A program made the translations under genes and the position numbers. Source: Octopus vulgaris (lineage: Eukaryota). From it: 64,000 bases of DNA. The stretch spans positions 24,614,001 through 24,678,000 of the forward strand of contig OX597824.1 of the NCBI GenBank assembly GCA_951406725.2. The letters run 5' to 3'. The notes below the pieces were generated by a model. That model saw nothing but the letters and a program-made list of their open reading frames with translations. It ran no database searches and was not told where the DNA came from. Of the stretch, positions 13,470 to 26,161 are shown piece by piece. The first letter of the stretch is position 1. Each line of letters begins with the position of its first letter.

Positions 13470-14092
13470 GTGAGGCCGCCTTAACAGTATTATAGGCTCC
13501 CGCGGAAATCAATGCACAGGACCCTACAGCATTCATTTATTGACAGCAAGCCAGAACAGCCATAGCTCAGAATTGGGCCACTAAGTTCGTGACTCCGCCT
13601 TCCCCCTGGAAAAATCATTGCATAGAACCCTATAGAATTTATTTATTACAACCAAGTCAGAGCATCTGTAGATCAGAAATGGGTTCCTAAATCCGTGAGG
13701 GTCTCGCGGAAATCAATGCACAGGGCCCTACAGCATTCATTTATTGACAGCAAGCCAGAACAGCCATAGATCAGAACTGGACCGCTAAATCCGTGACCCT
13801 TCTTCCTGCTGGAAAATCAATGCACAGGGCCCTATAGCATTTATTTATTGACAGCAAGCCAGAACAGCCATAGCTCAGAATTGGGCCACTAAGTCCGTGA
13901 CCCCGCCTTCCTCCTGGTAAATCAATGCATAGAGTCCTATAGTATTTATTTATTACAAACCAAGTCAGAGCATCTATAGATCAGAAATGGGTTCCTAAAT
14001 CCGTGAGGGTCTCGCGGAAATCAATGCACAGGGGCCTACAGCATTCATTTATTGACAGCAAGCCAGAACATCCATAGATCAGAACTGGACCT
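13470..14092. repeat. ~100-107-bp tandem repeat with two unit types (A B A A B A), probably inside a hAT-like MITE
   Basis: Recurrent GGAAATCAATGCACAGGGCCCTA(C/T)AGCATT(C/T)ATTTATTGACAGCAAGCCAG; the left end GGCCGCCTTAA resembles a hAT-type terminus. Confidence 0.8.
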
Positions 14093-14152
14093 CTAGACAA
14101 GTGAGAACCCTGGTGTGCTAATGCCCGAAGACGATACAGCATCTGAATATGA

Positions 14153-14568
14153 GGTGGCGAGCTGGCAGAAACGTTAGCACGCCGGGCGAAATGCGTAGCT
14201 GTATTTCGTCTGCCGTTACGTTCTGAGATCAAATTCTGCCGAGGTCGACTTTGCCTTTCATCCTTTCGGGGTCGATAAATTAAGTACCAGTTACGCACTG
14301 GGGTCGATGTAATCGACTTAATCCCTTTGTATGTCCTTGTTTGTCCCCTCTGTGTTTAGCCCCTTGTGGGTAGTAAAGAAATAGATATTTCGTCTGCCGT
14401 TACGTTGTGAGTTTTAATTCCGCCGAGGTCGACTTTGCCTTTCATCCTTTCGGGGTCGATAAATTAAGTACCAGTTACGCACTGGAGTCGATGTAATCGA
14501 CTTAATCCCTTTGTCTGTCCTTGTTTGTCCCCTCTGTGTTTAGCCCCCTTGTGGGTAGTAAAGAAATA
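14153..14568 (+). mobile_element. SINE family B dimer with 20-bp TSD
   Basis: TSD GATACAGCATCTGAATATGA at 14133-14152 and 14569-14588. Confidence 0.92.
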
Positions 14569-14609
14569 GATACAGCATCTGAATATGAATAAAAATGTGT
14601 GCGTGCAAG

Positions 14610-14705
<96 letters not shown>

Positions 14706-15334
14706 GTGCGTTGAATGTATATTGTGTGATGTATGTGTGTGCTAGACATAAACACTGTCGGTTAAAAGTGAAATGAAAAACAAAAAACGATGTTATGCCA
14801 CAAAGATAATTTACCACAGTCTGATAAAATAATAATACCTGACGGAAATAAGTAGTGAAATCGATATGATCGATTAAAATCTTTTGAAGTCTGTGCTCCA
14901 GCTCGGTCGCACTCCTGTGATTGAAATCAGTTTAAAACAATAATATATTCAGACAGTATTTCATACAAGGCCAACACAGCAATGTTTAAAATCGATTGCA
15001 GTGGCAAATTATTATACATTACACACCACATACATACATACACACACAAACACGTGCACACAAACATATACACACATAGACATACACAAATACTCGCGAG
15101 CACGTATGTATAACACTAAGTGTGGGGCTTGTGTCTATAAAACATATATATATATATAGAGAGAGAGAGAGAGGTGGGGAGGAGAAAGTGTCAGACAGAC
15201 AGACAGGTACATGGTACATGGATGGATAGACAGATAAATAAACAGACAGACAGATTGACAAACAGACAGAAGGCATACAGGCAGACAGACAGACAGAGAG
15301 AAAGAAAGAAAGAGAGGAGTAGTGTCATATAGTG

Positions 15335-15713
<379 letters not shown>

Positions 15714-16262
15714 TTAAACATAGCTGCCCCGGCATGGCCACAGCTCGTGGTAAGCTGAAACTAGATAAAATATATATATATATATATAAATATAAAATAT
15801 AATATAGCTTCTTTGTCTGGGAGTAGGGCAAATAGTGCGAACCAGACAAATGGAGAGACAGTAAGAGCGAAGGAGACGACGAAGTAAAAGAGTTAATATG
15901 AAAAAAGGTTGTTTTATAGTCTTCTTGACATGTCATTTTACAAACTATTTTATTGATTGGTTGTCATTGATCAATACGCTATTATATTTTCAATATTACA
16001 CTCGAATCGATACAATGATGTAATGAATGTTATTGTCAATATTAAGGCACAATCGATATTTATTGTATAACCGATGGCTTTTGGGGCACACCCTCCTCTG
16101 TTCCGTATACTCACTTGTTCTCGTATATTCTTTAATTACTTAGGGTTTTTTTGCTCGGTTTTCTTTCCTTTTCTTCTTTTACCATCATGGCAACGGCCAC
16201 AATGGAGTCATACCTTCCGAGCTGAATATCCTGTGTGTTTTGGGTCGATACTATATACTGTA

Positions 16263-16655
16263 CTAGCAGTATCGCCCGGCGTTGCTCGGGTTTGTAAGGG
16301 AAATAACTATATAAGCATTTTTAGAGAGTTATAGCCAAAAAATAGCAAAAAATGCATTAAAAATGGAAAAAAAATTATGGTAAATTTTTTTTTAAATCGT
16401 TGACTCATCGTAGACATTTTTAGAGAGTTATTTCCCTTATATAATAGCGAAAAAATGCATTAAAATGGAAAAAAATGGTAATTTTTTTTTTAATCGTAGA
16501 CTCATCGTAGACGCGCGCTAATACCCAGAAGGGCTCGATATGAATCACGACTATAAGATACCCGGTTTTGGTTAAACTGCACCGCAAAATGTGGGAGTAG
16601 TTAGGAATCTAAATCGTAGGAGACAGACACACAACTTGACTTTTATATATAAAGA
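16263..16655 (-). mobile_element. Non-autonomous Helitron, full length
   Basis: Minus strand A|TCTTTATATATAAAAG...CCCGAGCAACGCCGGG hairpin...CTAG|T; no TSD; four copies in the window. Confidence 0.9.
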
Positions 16656-16899
16656 TTTCTCAGTGCCCCAGCAAATGGCGGTGCCCCAGCATGGCCACAG
16701 CTCATGAGCTGAAACTGGAAAAATCAAAAAATCATGTAAGACGCACTTCTTCGAATATATGTCTCAAAAATATCGCATCAGGCTCAAATATATATCTCAA
16801 AGATATTTTGCCCCAGACGCTCAGTACTCTACGCTAATTTTAATCCAGGCAGTCTCTTCTACAAAGCCTCATTCCATTATAAAAACAATAATAATAATC

Positions 16900-17468
16900 C
16901 TTTCTTTTAGGGATTACATCAGTCTTGGTACTTGACTGGTGCTTATTTTATTGACCCCGAAAGCATCAAAGGTAAAGTCGATCCCAGCGGAGTTCGAAAG
17001 CAGAACATAACGGTGAACGAAATGACGATAAGCATTTTGTCTGGCATGCTAACGGTTCTGCTAGCAACACTTCGTAAAAATAATGACCCTTTCTACAAAA
17101 GGCACAAAACTGAAATTTTGGGGACGGGACTAGTTGATTATACCGACCCCTGTGCGTAACTGGTACATAATCTATCGCCTCCAAAAGGCAAATCGACCTC
17201 GGCAGTATTTGAACTTAAAGACGAATGGAATATCTATTTCTTTACTGCCCACAAGGGACTACACACTGAGGGGGACAAACAAGGAGAGACAAACGAATTA
17301 TGTCGATTATATCGACCCCAGTGCGTAACTGGTACTTAATTTATCGACCGCGAAATGATGAACGGCAAAGTCGACCTCGGCGGAATTTGAACTCAGAACG
17401 TAGCGGCGGACGAAATACCGCTAAGAATTTCGCCCGGCGTGCTAACGTTTCTGCCAGCTCGCCGCCTT
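16900..17468 (-). mobile_element. SINE family B multimer/cluster
   Basis: Head at 17468 followed by three bodies of increasing divergence. Confidence 0.8.
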
Positions 17469-17865
17469 GATGATGATGATGATAAGGATAATGATAATAA
17501 TAATAATAATATAATAATAATAATAATAATAATAACAACAACAACAACAATAACAATAATTCTCTCTGTCATAACTTTTGCTTTCTGCGTTGGTAGCCGC
17601 GTATATTACTATTTCATCCTTCTTTAGAATCAACATTCTTCTATCCCATACCTTTTCAGGATATTGCTTGCTTTGTTCTGTGCTCAATGTTATCAGTTAG
17701 CTAAAAGGTTCCGTGCCGGTGCGATCACAATAAGCGGCTTTCACTGCATTAATTTGTTGCGTTGCAATTTGGAACAGCTAGATCTCTAACCTCTCTGACC
17801 ACAACTTGCAGAGTATCACATGTTACACAGGATCAATGAACGAAGAGACAGACAAATGGAAAGAA

Positions 17866-17906
<41 letters not shown>

Positions 17907-18399
17907 CAGAGAGACAGACAAACAGACAGACAGACAGATATCGTGGGAAGAGGGTGGTGCAGGCTTTATGACCTCGACCCAAAACTGAAATTGCCACTAT
18001 TGTTGATCACAAAATCAATATGCCTGATGGACACTTCTTTGAGTGGGTGTACATAAACACATAAAATGTAGATATACATAGAGTGTACATACATGTGCGT
18101 GGTATAAATAGATAAATAAATAAACACACACACACACACACATACATATATATATATACACACACCCACCCACACACAAATGCACACATGTCAATCGAAG
18201 AAAGTGGTACAAGAACGTAGACAATGCAGTTTCGGTTTATCTAAAAAACATATTCGATCAATGGCAATGCACAGTCGACAAGGAGCTGGGGATATGATTT
18301 ATAACTAACAGGGTTTGATAAACAGAAAGGACTGACATGACGTAACACAAACATTTAAAAATATTTTCTTCTATATGCATACTTACATATATACACGTT

Positions 18400-18699
18400 G
18401 CAATGGCCCAGTGGTTAGGGCAGCGGACTCGCGGTTGTAGGACCGCGGTTTCGATTCCCAGACCGGGCGTTGTGAGTGTTTATTGAGCGAAAACACCTAA
18501 AGCTCCACGAGGCTCCGGCAGGGGGTGGTGGCGATCCCTGCCGTACCCTTTCGCCACAATTTTCTCTCACTCTTTCTTCTGTTGGCCTGCTCGCTTAGCC
18601 AGCGGGGTGGCGTCATTTGAAGGCTAAAACAGTGCGAAGCGCATTGCGACCAGCGATGTGTAGCAAGATCTGATAGCCTGGTCGGTCACGGTGACGGTG

Positions 18700-18700
<1 letters not shown>
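18400..18700 (+). mobile_element. SINE family C (tRNA-derived, OR-like), tail type b
   Basis: TGGCCCAGTGGTTAGGGC...GGTTTCGATTCCC head; same tail as 44387-44688. Confidence 0.85.
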
Positions 18701-18772
<72 letters not shown>

Positions 18773-18920
18773 CACACACACACAAACATACACACATATT
18801 GTTGTGACCCCCTTCGGTCATGAATGACTATGGGATTGCACTTAGAAAGTTACCTTCCGAGGCATAAGTCTGGGCAACAGCAGATACAGCTTGGCACCAG
18901 TGACGTCGCAGCTCATTTAT

Positions 18921-19230
18921 TAACGTGTAAGTGGCTGAGCACTCCACAGACTCGTGTGCCCTTAACGTAGTTCTCGGGGAGATTCAGCGTGACACAGAGT
19001 GTGACAAGGCTGGCCCCTTTGAAATACAGGTACAACAGAAACAGGAAGAAAGAGTGAGAGAAAGTTGTGGTGAAAGATTCCATCAGGGTTCACCACCACC
19101 CACTGCCGGAGTCTCGTGGAGCTTTAGGTGTTTTCGCTCAATAAACACTCATAATGCCTGGTCTGGGAATCGAAACCGCGATCCTACGACCGCTCGTCTG
19201 CTATCCTAACCACTGGGCCATTGCGCCTTC
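18921..19230 (-). mobile_element. SINE family C, tail type a (3' truncated)
   Basis: Reverse complement of 50012-50376. Confidence 0.85.
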
Positions 19231-19381
19231 ACACACACACATATAGGTGTTCAGTTATTGTAAAAACAATTTTACATTAATTCGAAGGATTACTCAATAC
19301 ATTGGGTAGAGTACAAATTTACTATTCTTTAACAAGAATGGTATTGACAATGACCTCGACGTTTCGTCCAGCTAAGCCATC

Positions 19382-19821
19382 GGATCTTTTCGGTTTGAAC
19401 GGCAGTTTTTTCTAGCAGTCATATGAAATTTCCCACCCATAATTATGACCCTAGTATCGATCTGTTTTGGGATTAGGGTTAGTTAAAGTTAGTTAGGGTT
19501 AGTTCGGGTTAGTTAGCGTTAGGGGTGGAGGAAGGGTATATTTTTTCTTCAGAAATGTAAATAAACCCAATCTGTTTCTTAAACGAAAGACATATTCATA
19601 CGGCACAGAATGTTTCCACCTCAACAGACGTCATTGATTGGTTGAAATTGCAGAAATTGAAGAAAAAAACCCACACATATCTTACAAAACTATAGAATTT
19701 TCTCAATAAAGCCAAGAGAAAAAGATGTTTTATAAACACATTCTACCAGTATACGAAGTTTAAAAGTGTTTACTTATGTGGAAATTATTTTAAAAAACTG
19801 CCGTTCAAACCGAAAAGATCC
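19382..19821. mobile_element. Non-autonomous DNA transposon with 29-bp TIRs and an 8-bp TSD (Merlin- or MULE-like)
   Basis: TIR GGATCTTTTCGGTTTGAACGGCAGTTTTT is perfect at both ends; TSD AAGCCATC (19374-19381, 19822-19829); internal TTAGGG-like repeats. Confidence 0.92.
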
Positions 19822-20260
19822 AAGCCATCATTCTAAGTATAATTTTAACCATTATATATATTATTTCCCTCGGAAGAAATTTTGTTTTTTTTCTGAAATA
19901 CTTTGCCTAAATAGAAGAAGGCATGGGTGTGTGGTTAAAATGCTCGCTTTGCAACGACGTGGCTTCGGGTTTAGACCTACTGCGCATTTTGTACAATAAC
20001 GCCGGTCAAACTAATATGTTGTGAATGAATTTGATTGATGGAAACTAAGTGGAATTACGTCTTAGATATGCAAACACACAAAAGCTGGCAATCAATTATG
20101 GTAACCAACAACAGTAACCAATTCTATATAACTGGTATATAGGTTGATTGATTATTTCACTGATTGCCCAGTATGATTCTTCTAGCCAATCAAGGCGGGA
20201 ATTTTGTCTGGTGGGGTTCTTATTCTCGGGGCGATTTTGTCCTAGTACTATACATATATG

Positions 20261-20315
<55 letters not shown>

Positions 20316-20374
20316 GTGTGTGTGTGTGTATGTATGTACTTATGCATATATATGTATATATATATATATGTATA

Positions 20375-20715
20375 TTGCTTGCCAACCACATGGTTCTGGG
20401 TTCAGGTCTTCTGCGTGGCACCTAGCGCTTGTATCTTCGAGTATAGCCTCGGGCCGATCAAATCTTTGTGAGTGGATTTACGGAAACCGAAAGAAACCAG
20501 TCATATTAATGTGTGAGTGTGTCTTTGTGACTGTATTTATCCCTCACCACTTCTTGACCAGCGGTGTGTTTATGTACCCCTTAACTTAGCGGTTCGGCAA
20601 AAGCACCCGATACAATAACTACCAGACTTAAAAAAAAAAAGTACTGGGGTCGATCCTTCAAGGTGACTACCCCAGCGTGGCCGCAGTCTAATGACTGAAG
20701 CGAATAAAAGAGAAG
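20375..20715 (+). mobile_element. Old SINE family A copy
   Basis: Diverged but colinear match to family A. Confidence 0.75.
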
Positions 20716-20765
20716 AAATATATATAACTAAAATGTTTTCAGGGATGCCCAGAATACTATATGAA

Positions 20766-21511
20766 TCTTTTCTACTCTAAGCACAAGGCCCGAAATTTGG
20801 GGGGGGAGTGGGCCAGTCGATTTCATCGACCCCAGTACGCAACTAGTACTTAATGTATCCACCCCGATGGAAGCCAAAGTCGACCGCGGCGCAATTTAAA
20901 CTCAAAACGTAAAGACAGACGAAATACTGCTAAGTATTTCGCCTGGCGTGCTAACGACTTTGCCAGCTCGCCGCCTTATGAATCTTTTCTACGCTAGGCA
21001 GAAGGCCAGAAGTTTTGGGGGAGGGGCCCAGTCGATTAGATCGACCCCAGTGTGTAACTGGTACTTAATTTATCGACCCCGAAAGGATGAAAGGCAAAGT
21101 TGACCTCGGCGGAATTTGAACTCAGAACGTAAAGACAGAGGAAATACTTATTTCTTTATTGCCCACAAGGGGCTAAACATAGAGGGGACAAACAAGGACA
21201 GACAAAGGGATTAAGTCGAGTACATCGACCCCAGTGCATAACTGGTACTTAATTAATCGACCCCGAAAGTATGAAAGGCAAAGTCGACCTCGGCGGAATT
21301 TGAACTCAGAACGTAGCGGCACGCGAAATTCCTATTTCTTTTCTACCCACAAGGGGCTAAACACAGAGAGGACAAACAAGGACAGACAAACGGATTAAGT
21401 CGATTATATCAACCCCAGTGCGTAACTGGTACTTATTTAATCCCGAAAGGATAAAAGGCAAAGTCAACCTCGGCGGAGTTTGAACTCAGAACCTGACAAC
21501 TCGCCGCCTTA
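20766..21511 (-). mobile_element. SINE family B four-unit cluster
   Basis: Flanked by AGAAT(A/G)CTATATGAA (20751-20765, 21512-21526). Confidence 0.88.
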
Positions 21512-21844
21512 AGAATGCTATATGAAGAATAATAAGGTTAGTCAGAAGTGAAGGAACTATTCCTTAATTTATAAATAGATATGGAAAGAATAAAATAAAA
21601 TATTGACGTGTAATAAAATAAAATATTTCGTGTAGCACTTGCCACTCCTTGGCTTTCTACCGGTGCGAGCATTATCAAACGTTGGCCAATTCTTTACGAT
21701 TCTAGTCACGTATTTCCTTTTATTGTATTTTATTTCGCATTATTTTATTCTATTTAATTACATTTCATGGGAAAATTTAAAAAGTGTTTCTATACCTGTT
21801 TACAAGAATTCCTTTACTTCCTCAGCTTAGCATTATTCTATTTC

Positions 21845-22423
21845 AGGCGGCGAGCTGGCAGAAACGTTAGCGCGCTGGGCGAAATGCTGAGCGGTATTTC
21901 GTCTGCTGTTACGTTCTGGGTTCAAATTCCGCCGAGTTCGTCTTTGCCTTTCATCCTTTCGGGGTCGATAAATTAAGTACCAGTTGTGCACTGGGGTCGA
22001 TGTACTCGACTTAATCCCTTTGTCTGTCCTTGTTTGTCCCTTCTATGTTTAGCCCCTTGTGGGCAATAAAGAAATAAGTATTTCCTCTGTCTTTACGTTC
22101 TGAGTTCAAATTCCGCCGAGGTCAACTTTGCCTTTCATCCTTTCGGGGTCGATAAATTATGTACCAGTTACACACTGGGGTCGTTCTAATCGACTGTTCT
22201 TGTTTGTCCTCTCTGTGTTTAGCCCCTTGTGGGTAGTAAAGAAATAAGTATTTTACCCGTCACTACATTCTGAGTTCAAATTCTGCCGAGGTCGACTTTG
22301 CCTTTCATCTTTTAGTGGGGAGGGATCGATAATTTAAGTACCAGTTTAACATTGGGGTCGATGTAATCGACAAGTCTCCATCCCCTAAATTGTAGGCCTT
22401 GTGCCTATGGTAAAAAAGATTAT
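21845..22423 (+). mobile_element. SINE family B trimer
   Basis: Head plus three bodies, the last with the alternative tail. Confidence 0.88.
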
Positions 22424-22591
22424 TTCATTTGAAACACTATACAACAGATAACATAATGTTTCGATTAACCATTTACTCGACACGTACTGAACATACCTAT
22501 CTCAAACTTCCCCATGTGCTTCGTTGGAGTGGAGCAGTTGGCTGTTCGGCTTTGGCGGTACAGGTCGTTTATTTATGATATGTTCAGAATC

Positions 22592-22657
22592 AGTCTTGCT
22601 GATGAGTACGGTCGCAAATCTCTGCGGTAAGTACGAAATCACAGGTGATACAAGACT
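22592..22657 (+). ncRNA. Type I hammerhead ribozyme, intact core
   Basis: AGTCTTG-CTGATGA-GTAC..(cgca/tgcg)..GTAC-GAAA-TCAC-ag-GTGA-TA-CAAGACT: 7-bp stem I, complete core, AUA cleavage triplet. Confidence 0.88.
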
Positions 22658-23043
22658 AAATTCATTTTTTTAAATGTCTTGCTTTGAAAAATTGCATTGG
22701 GTATGATTAGTAAAATTTTTGGTAGAAATGATTAATGTCCCTCTTAGCGTGAGGCATGTATGTATAATAATGCCCTCTATATATAAATTAATATGTTCAA
22801 TAAGAAAGAATTATTTTCGAAATTTTTCTCTTATGAGGTTTTTCACGCTATCTACCTGATAATTTCTTGTTAAGATTCCTTATTAAGAGGTTATCCTTAA
22901 TTGTTAAATAATTTTATTCTTTCATTTTAGGTAATTCAATTTTTGTACACACACACACACACACACACACACGGACCATGTGCATTAAAGCACACATGCT
23001 TATATTACTGATAAACGAAAAAAGTCTACTTCGGGCACCGGAA

Positions 23044-23089
23044 CTGCCAGACCATGTGATTTCGACGTGTTCCACCTCTTCGGTGACAG
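23044..23089 (-). ncRNA. Type I hammerhead motif (U4C variant)
   Basis: Minus strand CTGTCA-CCGAAGA-GGTGgaaCACGTC-GAAA-TCAcaTGG-TC-TGGCAG; GUC triplet. Confidence 0.7.
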
Positions 23090-23192
23090 ATATGTAGTTG
23101 TCGCATCCCAGCCAAATCTCACTGCTAGCGATATATGGAACTTGAGGGCCTATTCAGGCACTGATGTCACTAATAACTAGCAGGCTTACTAA

Positions 23193-23627
23193 AAAATAAC
23201 TATTAGTGGCCGAAGTGGTGTTAATACAAAAAGGCAATCTTTATATCCAACTTAACGTGGATGTATTGTTAGAGCGCCGAATAATATGTTATTTGCCAGG
23301 TCATTAGCGATAGAAGTGCCTGAAGAGGCACCGAAATTCTATAGAGCTCTAACAATAAGATTTGGCTGGTATACAGCTACCAGACAGCTACCACTGAAGA
23401 CATGGCGCGTGTGGAAATCATGTGATCAGACCGTTTCGATACCCTTAGCAGGATTCTCGTCTGCCAGCAATATAGATGCATGTGCTTTTATGTACCATGT
23501 GTCTATACGAAAAGAACTTAAAAAGCTAATAACGCAGTATTCGGCAGTCTAACAATGCATCCACGTTAAGATGGATATGAAGATTGCCTATTGGTATTCG
23601 TATTTCTTTTGTCGCTAATAATTATTT
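23193..23627. mobile_element. Old MITE with ~105-bp imperfect TIRs
   Basis: AGGCAATCTTTATATCCAACTTAACGTGGATGTATTGTTAGA is mirrored by TCTAACAATGCATCCACGTTAAGATGGATATGAAGATTGCCT; complementarity extends out to AATAA(C/T)TATTAG. Confidence 0.8.
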
Positions 23628-23978
23628 GATCTGTTTCTCTGTGAAAAGAATTTCTAATAGGAAACTTTTTACATGGTTATCTAACATGTAAAACGTAGTA
23701 ATTCCTATTAACAAATGAAACATGTGTAATGGCGTATAAATAATTTCTAAAAAATTTCCAACTTCCTGGTTTGCTATATAATAGCTTTACACACAATGTT
23801 TCCAGAATTTTCAACTCTAATACGTATACCTTACATCAACACAACAGCGACAGCAATTACATGCAGGATTGTAAATGTGGAATAACCAGATATACTTGAA
23901 TAACCAAATGTGCAGAGAATTTGTGTGTGTGTGTGTGTGACGATAGTTCTCCCTCACCAGTTCTTGACAACCAGAGTT

Positions 23979-26161
23979 TGTAGGTTTACGTCCCGTTATG
24001 TTAGGGGTTCAGCAAAAGAGACCTATACAATAATTATCAGGCTTTAAAATAAAATAAGTCCTGGGGTCGATTCATTCGACTGTGGGTTTACGTCCCGTTA
24101 TGTTAGGGGTTCAGCAAAAGAGAACTATACAATAATTACTAATTACCAGGCTTTAAAATAAAATAAGTCCTGGGGTCGATTCATTCGACTGTGGGTTTAC
24201 GTCCCGTTATGTTAGGGGTTCAGCAAAAGAGACCTATACAATAATTACCAGGCTTTAAAATAAAATAAGTCCTGGGGTCGATTCATTCGACTGTGGGTTT
24301 ACGTCCCGTTATGTTAGGGGTTCAGCAAAAGAGACCTATACAATAATTACCAGGCTTTAAAATAAAATAAGTCCTGGGGTCGATTCGTTCGACTGTGGGT
24401 TTACGTCCCGTTATGTTAGGGGTTCAACAAAAGAGACCTATACAATAATTATCAGGCTTTAAAATAAAATAAGTCCTGGGGTCGATTCGTTCGACTGTGG
24501 GTTTACGTCCCGTTATGTTAGGGGTTCAGCAAAAGAGACCTATACAATAATTACTATACCAGGCTTTAAAATAAAATAAGTCCTGGGGTCGATTCGTTCG
24601 ACTGTGGGTTTACGTCCCGTTATGTTAGGGGTTCAACAAAAGAGACCTATACAATAATTACCAGGCTTTAAAATAAAATAAGTCCTGGGGTCGATTCGTT
24701 CGACTGTGGGTTTACGTCCCGTTATGTTAGGGGTTCAACAAAAGAGACCTATACAATAATTACCAGGCTTTAAAATAAAATAAGTCCTGGGGTCAATTCG
24801 TTCGACTGTGGGTTTACGTCCCGTTATGTTAGGGGTTCAACAAAAGAGACCTATACAATAATTACCAGGCTTTAAAATAAAATAAGTCCTGGGGGTCGAT
24901 TCATTCGACTGTGGGTTTATGTCCCGTTATGTTAGGGGTTCAGCAAAAGAGGCCTATACAATAATTACCAGGCTTTAAAATAAAATAAGTCCTGGGGTCG
25001 ATTCATTCGACTGTGGGTTTACGTCCCGTTATGTTAGGGGTTCAGCAAAAGAGGCCTATACAATAATTACCAGGCTTTAAAATAAAATAAGTCCTGGGGT
25101 CGATTCGTTCGACTGTGGGTTTACGTCTCGTTATGTTAGGGGTTCAGCAAAAGAGACCTATACAATAATTATCAGGCTTTAAAATAAAATAAGTCCTGGG
25201 GTCGATTCGTTCGACTGTGGGTTTACGTCCCGTTATGTTAGGGGTTCAGCAAAAGAGACCTATACAATAATTATCAGGCTTTAAAATAAAATAAGTCCTG
25301 GGGTCGATTCGTTCGACTGTGGGTTTACGTCGAGTTATGTTAGGGGTTCAGCAAAAGAGACCTATACAATAATTACTAATTACCAGGCTTTAAAATAAAA
25401 TAAGTCCTGGGGTCGATTCGTTCGACTGTAGGTTTACGTCCCGTTATGTTAGGGGTTCAACAAAAGAGACCTATACAATAATTACTAATTACCAGGCTTT
25501 AAAATAAAATAAGTCCTGGGGTCGATTCATTCGACTGTGGGTTTACGTCCCGTTATGTTAGGGGTTCAGCAAAAGAGACCTATACAATAATTATCAGGCT
25601 TTAAAATAAAATAAGTCCTGGGGTCGATTCGTTCGACTGTGGGTTTACGTCCCGTTATGTTAGGGGTTCAGCAAAAGAGACCTATACAATAATTACTAAT
25701 TACCAGGCTTTAAAATAAAATAAGTCCTGGGGTCGATTCGTTCGACTGTGGGTTTACGTCCCGTTATGTTAGGGGTTCAGCAAAAGAGACCTATACAATA
25801 ATTACTAATTACCAGGCTTTAAAATAAAATAAGTCCTGGAGTCGATTCGTTCGACTGTGGGTTTACGTCCCGTTATGTTAGGGGTTCAGCAAAAGAGACC
25901 TATACAATAATTACCAGGCTTTAAAATAAAATAAGTCCTGGGGTCGATTCGTTCGACTGTGGGTTTACGTCCCGTTATGTTAGGGGTTCAGCAAAAGAGA
26001 CCTATACAATAATTACCAGGCTTTAAAATAAAATAAGTCCTGGGGTCGATTCGTTCGACTGTGGGTTTACGTCCCGTTATGTTAGGGGTTCAGCAAAAGA
26101 GGCCCATACAATAATTACCAGGCTTTAAAATAAAATAAGTCCTGGGGTCGATTCGTTCGAC
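23979..26161 (+). repeat. 21-unit tandem array of a 102-bp (to 109-bp) SINE-A-derived monomer
   Basis: Unit TGTGGGTTTACGTCCCGTTATGTTAGGGGTTCAGCAAAAGAGACCTATACAATAATTACCAGGCTTTAAAATAAAATAAGTCCTGGGGTCGATTCGTTCGAC, flanked by the rest of a SINE A 3' half. Confidence 0.95.

Noticed and set aside
19473-19525. Telomere or fusion site
   Set aside because: Short, degenerate and internal to a TIR element with a TSD.
23979-26161. CRISPR-like array
   Set aside because: Units are contiguous with no unique spacers, derive from a SINE, and no cas genes are present.
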